The position numbers and the translations under genes are program-made. Under the pieces are notes generated by a model, which worked only from the letters and a program-made list of their open reading frames with translations, made no database searches and was not told the DNA's origin. DNA of 63,939 nucleotides, filler included, from an uncultured Acidimicrobiia bacterium (GTDB lineage: Bacteria > Actinomycetota > Acidimicrobiia > Spongiisociales > JAOTWH01), in assembly GCA_964347285.1 (NCBI GenBank). It is 14 parts of 14 records of this genome, joined end to end, with 100 filler letters (N's around TTAATTAATTAA, not from the genome) between each part and the next. Parts side by side here need not be neighbours in the genome. Positions count along the whole stretch, not along the records: positions 27,080 to 31,858 come from CAYFYE010000139.1; positions 31,959 to 36,732 come from CAYFYE010000140.1; positions 36,833 to 41,424 come from CAYFYE010000141.1; 11 more parts are not named here. One strand, written 5' to 3'. This document shows positions 30,583-40,494 of the stretch, one piece after another; the first letter of the stretch is position 1, and each line of letters opens with the position of its first letter.

Positions 30583-31494
30583 CTAGGAAGCCAGAACCAC
30601 CAGTACGACGAAGCCGGCCAGTAGGAGAGCACCTTCCCAGCGGACCAAGCGACGGCCGGTGAGAGCCAGCAGGCCGGCCACCGCCGCCGAAGCGACCATG
30701 AGCCACAGCACCGGTCCGAAGCCCGGCGCCGTCTGTCCCGGATAGACGAGGCCGACGACACCGGCCACCGCCAGCGAGTTGAACAGATTCGAGCCGAGTA
30801 CGTTGCCGATGATCATCTCGGTCTGACGCCGCCGGGCCGCCGCCAGCGATGTGGCCAGCTCGGGCAGGCTGGTACCAACCGCCAGGATGATCAGCCCGAC
30901 GAACGCATTGGTCAGGCCTGCTTCGTCCGCGATCCGCCTGGCCCCCCATACCAGCAGCCACGCTCCGCCGATCGTCGAGATGAGCATCGCCACACCGATG
31001 ACCGATTCTCGAACCGGCGGGAACGGACCGGGACCACCGGAAGAGGGGGTGGCGGCCACGGCGGCCCAGCGCACCACTGCGTAGTAGGCGGCCACAAGCG
31101 CCACCAACAGGACCACCCCCTGCCAGCGGCTCACCCGGCCGCCGGCCAGCACCAGAGCCAGAAGAGCCACCGCCCCCAAGGTGACGACACCCTCCCGCCT
31201 CAGGATCCGGGCGTGTACCGCAAACGGGACCACCAGCACGGCGGTACCGAGCACCATCGTCAGGTTGCTCACGTTGGAGCCGACCACATTGCCCATCGCT
31301 CGATCGAGGTCGCCGGCGATCACCGAGACCACGAACTCGGGAGTGGAGGTTCCGAACCCGATCACCACCGCCCCTATCAATACGGGCGACAGCCCGGCGG
31401 CGGCCGAGAGGCGGGCCGCCGAAACGACCAGGCGATCGGCGGCAAGGGTGAGGACGACGAGGCCGGCTACCAGTCCGGCGACACCGGCCGTCAC
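30583..31494 (-). CDS. Calcium/sodium antiporter (YrbG-like)
   Basis: Alpha repeats GTSTPE...GNVVGSN and GTSLPE...GNVLGSN. Confidence 0.92.
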   Translation of the reverse strand: MTAGVAGLVAGLVVLTLAADRLVVSAARLSAAAGLSPVLIGAVVIGFGTSTPEFVVSVIAGDLDRAMGNVVGSNVSNLTMVLGTAVLVVPFAVHARILRREGVVTLGAVALLALVLAGGRVSRWQGVVLLVALVAAYYAVVRWAAVAATPSSGGPGPFPPVRESVIGVAMLISTIGGAWLLVWGARRIADEAGLTNAFVGLIILAVGTSLPELATSLAAARRRQTEMIIGNVLGSNLFNSLAVAGVVGLVYPGQTAPGFGPVLWLMVASAAVAGLLALTGRRLVRWEGALLLAGFVVLVVLAS

Positions 31495-31674
31495 GTCGGC
31501 AATCGGGCCATGGCGGCGATCCTAAACGCCGGCCATGGGGCGGCGGTGCCCGACGGCCCTGATAGCCTGACCGTCAGATGCCCGAGGATCGGATCGACGG
31601 CACATCGGTTGGGCCGCCCCTGCCCGCCCCTTTCTTCAGTTACGGAGGTCGAAGCGGGCTCCAGGCCGGGGTCG

Positions 31675-31858
31675 ATGGACCGCCGTAGCTTTCTCCGCAT
31701 CGGGGGCCTGTCCCTCATCGCTGTTCCCTTTGGCGGCCTGCTGGCCGCCTGCGCCCTCCCGGCCGCCGATCAGGTGGCCTCGCCGGGTTCGGGGCGCACC
31801 TCCCGGCCCGGATCTTCCACGACGGCCCCGCCACCGCCCCCGGCCGGGGAGCCGGCCC
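31675..31858 (+). CDS. Tat-exported lipoprotein, N-terminal fragment
   Basis: MDRRSFL twin-arginine motif and LAAC lipobox. Confidence 0.7.
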
Positions 31859-31958
31859 NNNNNNNNNNNNNNNNNNNNNNNNNNNNNNNNNNNNNNNNNN
31901 NNTTAATTAATTAANNNNNNNNNNNNNNNNNNNNNNNNNNNNNNNNNNNNNNNNNNNN

Positions 31959-32429
31959 AGGGTCCGGTTCGCCGGTGAGAATGGTGCAGGTGCGCACCCG
32001 CTTACCGTATTCGGGATCCAGCCAGCTCGCCCACAAGCCGGCAAAGGCGAGGGGTCGGCGCCGGGCGTCGTAGATGAAGTGGGGAAGCTTGGAGCGACCC
32101 TCCATCGGTTCCCACTCGTAGAAGCCGTCGGCGGGGACGAGGCAGCGTCTAGCCACGAAAGAGTCACGAAAAGCCGGCTTTTCGGCAACGGTTTCCAGGC
32201 GGGCGTTGATGAGTCGGGCGCCGCCTTTGCGATCCTTGGAGTAGTGCGGGATGAGTCCCCAGCGGAAGGTGCCCAGCTGCCGTGAGCCGCCATGCTCGGC
32301 GATTGCATAGACCTCATCGGTGGGGGCCACGTTGTAGTTGGGCTCGAGGCCCTCGGTCTTGATGACCTCTACTCCGAACCAACCGGCGTACACCGTGGGG
32401 CTCTGCGATAGCGCGAACCGACCGCACAT
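31959..32429 (-). CDS. SOS response-associated peptidase (SRAP/HMCES), C-terminally truncated
   Basis: MCGRF N-terminus, YNVAPT, WGLIP, INARLET, DGFYEW. Confidence 0.93.
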
Positions 32430-33876
32430 GGCAGGTAGTGTCGCACGGCCCAGGGAGGAACCCGTAACCACCGTCCCGGCACTGCTCAAGTATCACAGTC
32501 TCACCGGCAAGCTGGCGCTGTCTGCCGCCGTCCTCGGCTCGGGCCTGGCCTTCCTCGACTCGGCGGTCGTCAATGTGGCCCTACCGGCCATCGGGCGCGA
32601 CTTCGACGTCGGCCTCGCCGAGTTCCAGTGGGTCGTCAACTCATACTTGGTCACCCTGGGGGCACTCGTTCTGCTCGGGGGGTCGTTGGGCGACCTGTGG
32701 GGCAAGCGCCGCACGTTCGTCATCGGGGTGACTTGGTTTGCGGCGGCCTCGGTGGCGTGCGGGGGCGCTCCGACCATCGAATTCCTGTTCGCAGCCCGGG
32801 CCGTTCAGGGAGTCGGGGCGGCGCTGCTCATCCCCTCCAGCCTGGCCGTCGTTCAGCAGTGCTTCGTGCCCGAGGATCGGGGGGAAGCCATCGGTCTGTG
32901 GTCGGGGCTCTCCGGCATCTCGATCATCCTCGGCCCCTTCCTCGGCGGCTGGCTGGTCGATGTGGCCAGCTGGCGGCTGATCTTCTTGGTGAACCCTCCG
33001 CTGGCGGCCTTGGCGATCTGGATGACCCTGCGCTATGTGCCCGACCACCCTCCCCGGACTCCGGTACCCAAGCCGGACTGGCCCGGCGGGGTAGCGGCAA
33101 CGCTGGGACTGGCGGGGGTGGTGTTTGCTCTCATTCAGGGTCCGGTCTGGGGATGGACCGACGGCTTCGTGCTGGCCACCGGTGTCACGGGAGTCGTCCT
33201 CTTGGCGATCTTTGGGGCGATCGAGGCGAGGGTCGCCGACCCGATGCTCCCGCTCGACATCTTTCGGATCCGCCAGTTCACCGGGGCCAACCTGGCGACC
33301 CTTCCGGTGTATGGGGCGCTGAGCGGGGTGTTCTTCCTCTTCATCATCCAGCTTCAGAACAACTTGGGCTACTCGGCGCTCGAGGCGGGCGCCGCCGCCA
33401 TCCCGACGACTGCGCTCCTGCTTCTCCTGTCTCCCCGTGCCGGGCGCCTCTACAACACGATCGGCCCCCGGCTGCCGATGAGCCTGGGCCCGATGATCGG
33501 TGGCATCGGCATTGCGCTCCTGACCCAGGTCGAGCCCGGTGCTTCGTACCTCACCGGCATGCTGCCCGGCCTGCTGGTGTTCGGACTGGGCCTTGCCCTC
33601 ACGGTGGCGCCGCTGACCGCCACCGTCCTGGGCGCCGTCTCCGATGACCAGGCCGGTCTGGCCTCGGGCGTGAGCAACGCCGTGGCCCGCATCGCCGGAC
33701 TGCTGGCAATACCCCTCATACCGCTGGCCGCCGGGCTGTCGAGTCTCTCCGAGGTGGAAGGGCCCGGGTTCTCGGCCGGGTTCTCGCGAGCGATGTGGAT
33801 TGGAGCGGGGGTGATGGTGCTGGGCGGGATGATCTCCTGGCTGCTGATCCGCAATCCGGAAAGGCAAGCGGGCTAG
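32428..33876 (+). CDS. DHA2-type MFS transporter; start uncertain
   Basis: LDSAVVNVALP, GSLGDLWGKRR, ARAVQGVGAA, WRLIFLVN. Confidence 0.9.
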   Translation: MAGSVARPREEPVTTVPALLKYHSLTGKLALSAAVLGSGLAFLDSAVVNVALPAIGRDFDVGLAEFQWVVNSYLVTLGALVLLGGSLGDLWGKRRTFVIGVTWFAAASVACGGAPTIEFLFAARAVQGVGAALLIPSSLAVVQQCFVPEDRGEAIGLWSGLSGISIILGPFLGGWLVDVASWRLIFLVNPPLAALAIWMTLRYVPDHPPRTPVPKPDWPGGVAATLGLAGVVFALIQGPVWGWTDGFVLATGVTGVVLLAIFGAIEARVADPMLPLDIFRIRQFTGANLATLPVYGALSGVFFLFIIQLQNNLGYSALEAGAAAIPTTALLLLLSPRAGRLYNTIGPRLPMSLGPMIGGIGIALLTQVEPGASYLTGMLPGLLVFGLGLALTVAPLTATVLGAVSDDQAGLASGVSNAVARIAGLLAIPLIPLAAGLSSLSEVEGPGFSAGFSRAMWIGAGVMVLGGMISWLLIRNPERQAG

Positions 33877-34586
33877 GACTCGCCCCCTTCGCCCTCCGCC
33901 TGCTCGTCGCTCGACACCTGGAGCTCGCCATCCGACCAGAGCGCTTCGAAGTCGGACTCATGCGAACCCGAGGAGAACTCCACCGACACCGATTCGGGTC
34001 CGGCGCTGTCGACTTCAACGGTGAAGCCGGGGTTGGGCGTGGCCCAGACCAGGTTGACCGTTTCCGGCAAGGTCGCGATGGCGACCGATCCTCCGACGAG
34101 ATGGTAAGTGGACACCGTCGCGCTCACCGGCGGCGTCGTAGTCGTGGCGGTGGTCGTCGGGGGCGTGACCGGGGCCGAGGTAGTGGTCGTCGGGGGCGTG
34201 ACCGGGGCCGAGGCGGCGGTCGTCGGCGGCGATGCGATCGTGGTTGAGGGGGCGGCCGTGGGGGCCCTCGTCGTGGTGGGAGGCATCGCGCTTGCGGTGT
34301 CCTCGGGTTCGCTGCGAGTCGTCGCGGTGCCGGGAGCCAACGTGTCGGACGGTATCCCGCTCTTGACGGGGGGCGCGATCGTCGAGGTGGGAGGCCGTGA
34401 CGTGGTGGTGGGTCCGGCCGAGCTAGTCGCGATCGAGGGCAGAGCGGCGACCTCTTCGGCGCTGAGCGGTCGGGGCACCTCGTCGGATACCTGTTCCCCG
34501 GCAAGGCTGACGGCGCCCCACGCCCCGACTGCGGCCGATACGGTGACGAGCGCCCAGGCGGAGATGAGCAGCACGCGACGAACCAT
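33873..34586 (-). CDS. Membrane-anchored Thr/Pro-rich protein divergent from a two-component system
   Basis: N-terminal TM, PT-rich linker, LVWATPNPGF C-terminal domain. Confidence 0.75.
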   Translation of the reverse strand: MVRRVLLISAWALVTVSAAVGAWGAVSLAGEQVSDEVPRPLSAEEVAALPSIATSSAGPTTTSRPPTSTIAPPVKSGIPSDTLAPGTATTRSEPEDTASAMPPTTTRAPTAAPSTTIASPPTTAASAPVTPPTTTTSAPVTPPTTTATTTTPPVSATVSTYHLVGGSVAIATLPETVNLVWATPNPGFTVEVDSAGPESVSVEFSSGSHESDFEALWSDGELQVSSDEQAEGEGGES

Positions 34587-34697
34587 GCCGGCATTGTGGC
34601 CGGGCCGATCCCAACCACTGACCAAGAGGGAGTTAGGGAACTCTTAAGACTCTCCTATTACGGCCTGTGGGATGCACGGTCCACCTATCGTGAGTGT

Positions 34698-35381
34698 GTG
34701 GCATTGATCGTGATCGTCGAGGACGACTCTCGGCTGCGCGAGCTGATAGCGCGCGTTCTGGCCGGCAAGGGCCACGGTGTCACGGCGGCGGCCACCGCCA
34801 TGGACGGACTCGACTCCGTGGTGAGCGAAGTTCCCGACTTGGTGATCCTCGATCTCGGTCTGCCCGATCTCGACGGCTTTGAGCTGCTGAAGATGATCCG
34901 CGCCGTCAGCGATGTGCCGGTCATCGTGGCGACCGCACGAGGTGAGGACGACGAGGTCGTGAGAACCCTGCACGCCGGCGCCGACGACTATCTAGTGAAG
35001 CCGTTCTCGACGGCCCAAATCGAGGCTCGCGTGCAAGCGGTGCTGCGGCGTGCCTCGTCGGGGAACCTGCGCACGCCCGTGGAAGTAGGCGAGTTGACGA
35101 TCGATCCGGCGGCCAGATCGGCCGACATGGGGGGCCGTGAGCTCGAGCTCAGCCCTAAAGAGTTCGACCTCCTTCACTACCTGGCCGAGCGGCCCGGCAC
35201 CGTGGTGTCGAAACGGGAGCTGCTGGCCGAGGTGTGGCGGGAACCGTACGGCGGCGGGGAGAAGACCATCGACGTGCACCTCTCCTGGCTGCGCAAGAAA
35301 CTGGGCGAGTCGGCGGCTGAGCCCCGTTACCTCCGCACCGTCTTCGGGGTGGGGGTCAAGCTCGTCGATCCCGACGCGTGA
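34698..35381 (+). CDS. OmpR-family response regulator
   Basis: IVEDD, LDLGLPD, GADDYLVKPF, DVHLSWLRKKLG. Confidence 0.93.
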   Translation: MALIVIVEDDSRLRELIARVLAGKGHGVTAAATAMDGLDSVVSEVPDLVILDLGLPDLDGFELLKMIRAVSDVPVIVATARGEDDEVVRTLHAGADDYLVKPFSTAQIEARVQAVLRRASSGNLRTPVEVGELTIDPAARSADMGGRELELSPKEFDLLHYLAERPGTVVSKRELLAEVWREPYGGGEKTIDVHLSWLRKKLGESAAEPRYLRTVFGVGVKLVDPDA

Positions 35382-36676
35382 GGAAGCGCTTCGCACTCGT
35401 GGTGGCTGCGGTGACGTCCATGGTGGTGGTCGCCTTCGTCGTGCCGCTGGCCCTCCTGGTACTCAACCAGGCCGAGAGCCGGGCGCTCTCTCGGACCGAG
35501 AGGGCGGCCCAATCGGTGGCCACTGCCCTGGCCGTCGGCGGCTCGCTGTCCGAAGAAGGCATCACTCCGGACCTCGCTCAGGCCGTGGTCGACGCATCAG
35601 ACGAGGCCGACCGCATCACCGTGTATGTGGGCGATGTTGCTGTAGGGCTGGAGGTGCCCGCCTCGGCTTCTCTGGCGAGGGCTCTCGGGGGAAGCGCTTT
35701 CACCGCCGATGCGGAAGGGGGAGCTGAAGTGCTGATCCCGGTCGTGGGAACGGGCGAGCCGGCGGTGGTGCGTGCCTTCGTGACCGATGCCGAGCTCCGC
35801 CGCGGGGTCGTCACCGCCTGGGCATTGCTGCTGGCGCTGGGGCTGAGCCTCGTCGCCGTCGGCCTGGTGGTGGCCGACGGGTTGGCCCGGTCGGTGACCC
35901 GGCCGGTCAAAGAGCTGGCCGAGGCCGCCCACCGGATGGCGAAGGGTGACTTGGAAGCCCGGGTCCGACCCCGGGGACCGGGAGAAATCGCCGAAGTCGC
36001 GGAAGCCTTCAACACCCTGGCCGAACGCCTCGACGATGTGCTGGCCGCCGAGCGGGAATCGTTGGCCGATCTCTCCCACCGGCTCCGGACCCCGTTGGCT
36101 TCCTTGCGGTTGCAGGCCGAGTCGCTCGACGAGCCCGAGCGCTCTGTCCTCATGCCCGACATCGATCGGCTCCATCGCGCCGTCGACCGTCTCATCGAAG
36201 ATGTCCGTCTTCAAGGCGACCAAAGCCCACGCCGGGCCGATCTGAGGGCGATGGCCGAGCACCGGCTGGCCTACTGGCGGGTCCTCGCCGACGAGCAGGG
36301 GCGTCCGGTCACCGCCAGCTTCGGTACCAAGGCTCAGCCGGTGGCGATCGATCCGGATGCGCTGGGTGCCGTCATCGACGCTCTGTTGGAGAACGTGTTC
36401 GCTCACACGCCGGAAGGGGCCTCCTTCAGCATGGAAGTGGGCTCCGAGGGCAACCTGGCCTTGCTTGTGATCGAGGATGATGGGCCCGGGCTCGGCTTCA
36501 CCGAGCAAACCGAACGGGGGATCAGCGGCGGGGGATCGACCGGGCTGGGCCTCGATATCACCCGACGCACCGCCGAGCGCTCCGGTGGTGCAGTCCGCAT
36601 CGGGTCGGGCGCGGGAGGGGGAACCAGGGTTGAAGTCCTGTTGGGCAGGCCTCCCGGGGTGAGGTCGGCCGACTAG
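35378..36676 (+). CDS. HAMP sensor histidine kinase
   Basis: SHRLRTPL, LLENVFAH, DDGPG, TGLGL. Confidence 0.92.
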   Translation: MRKRFALVVAAVTSMVVVAFVVPLALLVLNQAESRALSRTERAAQSVATALAVGGSLSEEGITPDLAQAVVDASDEADRITVYVGDVAVGLEVPASASLARALGGSAFTADAEGGAEVLIPVVGTGEPAVVRAFVTDAELRRGVVTAWALLLALGLSLVAVGLVVADGLARSVTRPVKELAEAAHRMAKGDLEARVRPRGPGEIAEVAEAFNTLAERLDDVLAAERESLADLSHRLRTPLASLRLQAESLDEPERSVLMPDIDRLHRAVDRLIEDVRLQGDQSPRRADLRAMAEHRLAYWRVLADEQGRPVTASFGTKAQPVAIDPDALGAVIDALLENVFAHTPEGASFSMEVGSEGNLALLVIEDDGPGLGFTEQTERGISGGGSTGLGLDITRRTAERSGGAVRIGSGAGGGTRVEVLLGRPPGVRSAD

Positions 36677-36677
36677 T

Positions 36678-36732
36678 TGTGTTGTCCATGGAGGTTGTTG
36701 ACGGCGTGAGGTGAGCCTCCCTGGTTGTGTGG
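36678..36732. mobile_element. Probable IS481-family terminus at contig edge
   Basis: TGTGTTGTCCATGGAGGTTGTTGAC directly after ACTAGT; reverse strand reads VNNLHGQHN*, like IS481 ends. Confidence 0.6.
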
Positions 36733-36832
36733 NNNNNNNNNNNNNNNNNNNNNNNNNNNNNNNNNNNNNNNNNNNNTTAATTAATTAANNNNNNNNNNNN
36801 NNNNNNNNNNNNNNNNNNNNNNNNNNNNNNNN

Positions 36833-37667
36833 CCTCTCCCACGACGCCCTGAGCATCAGTGAGGAGACCGCGGCCCGGCTGGGCATCGCCATGGCCGGGC
36901 TGTGGTGGGCCGGGTTCTCGCTGTTCGCCTTCCGAAGGATCGGCGAGACCGGGGAAGCCCAAGAGCTGCCCCCCCGGCTGGCCGCCGCATCCCGCCTCTC
37001 CGCCTATGCCCGCATCGGGTTCGGGCGGACGTGGGCCACCGCCCGCCGGCTGCTGCGATTCCGCCAGCTGCTGCTGTTCGTGGTGGCCTTCATGCTCTAC
37101 AACGAGGGCGTCCAGACCGTCATCGCCATGACCAGCGTGTATGCCAAGGACACCCTCGATTTGGAGACGGAGACGATCCTGGCCGCCTTCCTCCTGGTCC
37201 AGTTCATCGCCTTCTTCGGCGCCCTGTTGTTTGGCCGCCTGGCCGATCGGCTCGGCACCCGGGAGGCGATCCTGGTGTCGCTGGCGGTGTGGGCGTTGAT
37301 TTCCATCGGGGGGTTCTTCCTGCCCGAGGGCCGGGCCGCACCGTTCTTCGGCCTGGCCGGCGTCGTCGGTCTGGTCCTCGGCGGAGTCCAGGCCCTCAGC
37401 CGCAGCCTCTATGGATCGATGATCCCCGAGGAGGCCTCGGCCGAGTTCTACGGGTTCTTCTCGGTGTTCGCCAAGTTCTCGGCGATCTGGGGGCCACTGA
37501 TCTTCGCCGTGGTCAGCGAGGGGACCGGATCGGCCCGCAACTCGATCCTGTCGATCATCGTCTTCTTCATCGCCGGCGCCCTTCTGCTGAGGCGGGTGGA
37601 CGTGGCCGAGGCTCGGGCGTCGCGACAGCGGTGGACGTTCGCCGGCGACGAAGTGGAGGTGGGGTAA
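36833..37667 (+). CDS. UMF1/ATG22-like MFS transporter (N-terminally truncated)
   Basis: YNEGVQTVI, QALSRSLY..MIP, EFYGF. Confidence 0.88.
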
Positions 37668-37674
37668 CCCCCTT

Positions 37675-38478
37675 CTACCCCTCCCCCGGGTGCGGGAGTG
37701 CACCCCAGAACTCCCGCAGGATGGCGTTGAACGCCTGGGGCTGCTCCATCGGAGTCAGGTGTCCGGCGCCGGGGACCACATCGAAGCGAGCCTCGGGGAT
37801 GGCGGCCGCCATCACCCGGGCCACATCGGGCGGCATGAGGGCATCCTCCTCGCCCACCACGACCAGGGCCGGAAAGCCGATGCGGCCCAACAGCCCGCTG
37901 CGATCGGGCCGTTGTTTCATCCCCTCGAGAGCGGCGGCGATGGTCTCGTACGGGGTGTCCTCGATCATGTCGGTCACCCGGGCCCGGACCGTCGGGCCGG
38001 TCGTGGCGGCCACCAGCATCCCCAGCATCCCGGCGGCGAAGGCGGGCCTCCCTTCGGCCAGCAGCCGCTCCTTGGCGCCGTCGCGGGCGGCCCGGCCCGC
38101 CTCGTCGTCGGCGGTCGCCTTGGTGTCGATCAGCGCCACCGAGCGGAAGCGCTCCGGCTGGGCCTCGAGGAGGGCCAGCGCCACGTAGCCGCCCATCGAC
38201 AGTGCCACCACATCGGCATTCTTCTCCCCCAGCCCTTTGATGAGGGCGGCCATGTCGGCGGCGTGCCGGTCCATGGTCAGGGCCTCGCCCACGAAGGACG
38301 ACGAGCGGCCCGAGCCCCGCAGGTCGACGGCGACGCAGCGGCGCTGATCGGCCAGTTGCTCCACCTGGTCGAACCACATCCGGGCGTCGAGGGGAAAGCC
38401 GTGGATGAACAGCGCCAGCGGACCCTCTCCGGCTTCGAGGTAGTGGAACCGGGCGTTGTCCAATTCCAGGTAGGCCAT
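37675..38478 (-). CDS. Alpha/beta hydrolase
   Basis: IHGFP, DLRGSG, ALSMGG, GEED, GAGH. Confidence 0.9.
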   Translation of the reverse strand: MAYLELDNARFHYLEAGEGPLALFIHGFPLDARMWFDQVEQLADQRRCVAVDLRGSGRSSSFVGEALTMDRHAADMAALIKGLGEKNADVVALSMGGYVALALLEAQPERFRSVALIDTKATADDEAGRAARDGAKERLLAEGRPAFAAGMLGMLVAATTGPTVRARVTDMIEDTPYETIAAALEGMKQRPDRSGLLGRIGFPALVVVGEEDALMPPDVARVMAAAIPEARFDVVPGAGHLTPMEQPQAFNAILREFWGALPHPGEG

Positions 38479-38673
38479 GGCGCCATCCTACGGCGGTGGC
38501 TCCGACAGGTCGGCGCAGCGAGAGACCTCCCGCCGTCCCCTCTCTGCCGGGGCGGCGCTCGCCGGGCATCTCCCGTTGACCGGAAGGCGCCGTTCTCGGT
38601 GTCGAGCCCAGGCGATCGGGGCGGTCGACCCACCGGGTAGCTTGCCGGGTGCGTCCCTGGAAGGAGGCGGAAC

Positions 38674-40476
38674 GTGAAATGGCTCTCACGCCGCCGGGGA
38701 ACGATCCTCGGCTTGGTCGTCGTCGGCACCGTGCTGCTGGCGGTCACCGTCCTGACGGCACTGGTGGCCGTCCTCATCGACGCCCGGGCGGCGGCGATCC
38801 TGGCGGGGGTGGTGGTCGTCCTCGCCGTGGCGGCGGCCCGACTGCGCAAGAGGATCCCCGGCCGGACCTTCCTCGAGATCGATCTCGACCGAGGCGTGGT
38901 CGAGCACCTCCCGACCGTCCCCGCCGGGCGGCTCCTGGCCGCCCGCCGGCTCCCCCTGCGCGACGTCGTGGACGGCTTGGCCCGGGCCGCCGCCGACGAC
39001 CGGGTCCGGGGCCTGGTGGCCAGGCTCGGCAACTCACGTATCGGCCTGGCCCACGCCCAGGAGATCAGGGAGGCGGTGGCCGCATTCCGGGCCGCCGGCA
39101 AGAAGACGATCGCCTTCGCCGAGGAGTTCGGCGAATCCGACCCGGCCACCGCCGACTACTACCTGGCCACCGCCTTCGAGGAGGTCTATCTGCAGCCGGG
39201 CAGCGCCCTCGGGTTCACCGGGCTCCAGATCCGGGTTCCGTTCGTGGCCGAGGCGCTCGAGAAGCTGTCGATGCAGGCCCGCTTCGACCATCGCGAGGAG
39301 TTCAAGTCGGCCATGTACACCTTCACCGAGTCGGACTTCACCGAGCCGCACCGGCGCATGGTGGACGCCATCCTCGACTCGCAGTTCGAGCAGGTGGTCG
39401 CCGACGTGGCCGCCTCGCGCCGCCTCGACCCGGAGGCGGTGCGGCGGGCCGCCGACGCCGGCCCGATGTCCGACGAGGAGGCCGTCGCCGCCGGGCTCAT
39501 CGACGGTGCGGCCTACCGGGACGAGGTCTACGACAAGATGCGGGCCGACACCGGCGCCGAGCCCCTGTACCTGAGCGTCTACCTCAGACGGGTCGGCCGC
39601 CCCCACCGACGGGGGCCTCGCATCGCCCTCATCTACGGGACCGGAGCGGTCACCCGCGGCGAGGGCAGGTTCGGCGCCCTCCCCTTCCCGGGGGCCACGA
39701 TGGGGTCGGACACGATCACCAAGGCGCTGCGGGAGGCCGCCGACGACAAGCGGGTCAAGGGGATTCTGTTCCGAGTCGACAGCCCGGGCGGCTCGGCGGT
39801 CGGGTCCGAGGCCATCTGGCGGGAGGTGGTGCGGGCCGAGAGCTCCGGTACGCCGGTGGTGGTCTCCATGGGCAATGTGGCCGGGTCGGGCGGCTACTAC
39901 GTGGCGGTGGGGGCCGGCACGATCGTGGCCCAGCCGGCCACCATCACTGGGTCGATCGGCGTCGTCTACGGAAAGGTGGTGACCGCCGGCTCGTTCCGCA
40001 AGGCCGGGGTGACGGTGGCCACCCGCCGGCGGGGACGCAATGCCGGCTTCTGGAGCTCCACGGAGGAATTCGGCGACGCCGGCTGGGACAGGGTCCAGGC
40101 CCTGCTCGACCGCATCTACCGGACCTTCCGGGCCCGGGTGGAATCGGGGAGGGACCTGACCCCCGAACAGGTGCACGCCGCCGCCAAGGGCCGGGTGTGG
40201 ACCGGCTCCCAGGCGCTCGAGAACGGGCTGGTCGACGAACTGGGCGGCCTGGCCCGGGCCCTGGAGCTGGTCAAGGAGCGGGCCGAGATACCCGCCGAGC
40301 GCTCGGTCCGCCTGGCCGAGTATCCCCGCCGTCGCCGGCGCCTCACCCGCCTGGGCCCCGAGAGCAGCGAGGCTTTCGACCCGGCGATCGCGCTGGCCGA
40401 CGCCGTGGCCGGGATCTCCGCTGCGGGGCGGAGTCCCCTGGCGGCCCCGCTGGCGATGACCGCCGAGTGGTGGTAG
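38674..40476 (+). CDS. sppA: Signal peptide peptidase SppA (67K type)
   Basis: YYLA, FKSA, RVDSPGGS, MGNVAGSGGYY, TGSIGV, GRVWTG. Confidence 0.92.
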   Translation: MKWLSRRRGTILGLVVVGTVLLAVTVLTALVAVLIDARAAAILAGVVVVLAVAAARLRKRIPGRTFLEIDLDRGVVEHLPTVPAGRLLAARRLPLRDVVDGLARAAADDRVRGLVARLGNSRIGLAHAQEIREAVAAFRAAGKKTIAFAEEFGESDPATADYYLATAFEEVYLQPGSALGFTGLQIRVPFVAEALEKLSMQARFDHREEFKSAMYTFTESDFTEPHRRMVDAILDSQFEQVVADVAASRRLDPEAVRRAADAGPMSDEEAVAAGLIDGAAYRDEVYDKMRADTGAEPLYLSVYLRRVGRPHRRGPRIALIYGTGAVTRGEGRFGALPFPGATMGSDTITKALREAADDKRVKGILFRVDSPGGSAVGSEAIWREVVRAESSGTPVVVSMGNVAGSGGYYVAVGAGTIVAQPATITGSIGVVYGKVVTAGSFRKAGVTVATRRRGRNAGFWSSTEEFGDAGWDRVQALLDRIYRTFRARVESGRDLTPEQVHAAAKGRVWTGSQALENGLVDELGGLARALELVKERAEIPAERSVRLAEYPRRRRRLTRLGPESSEAFDPAIALADAVAGISAAGRSPLAAPLAMTAEWW

Positions 40477-40494
40477 CCGGGTCGGGCCCGATCG

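Noticed and set aside
34160..34215. Near-tandem 30-bp repeat GTCGTCGGGGGCGTGACCGGGGCCGAGG
   Set aside because: Simply encodes the SAPVTPPTTT linker of the 33873..34586 protein
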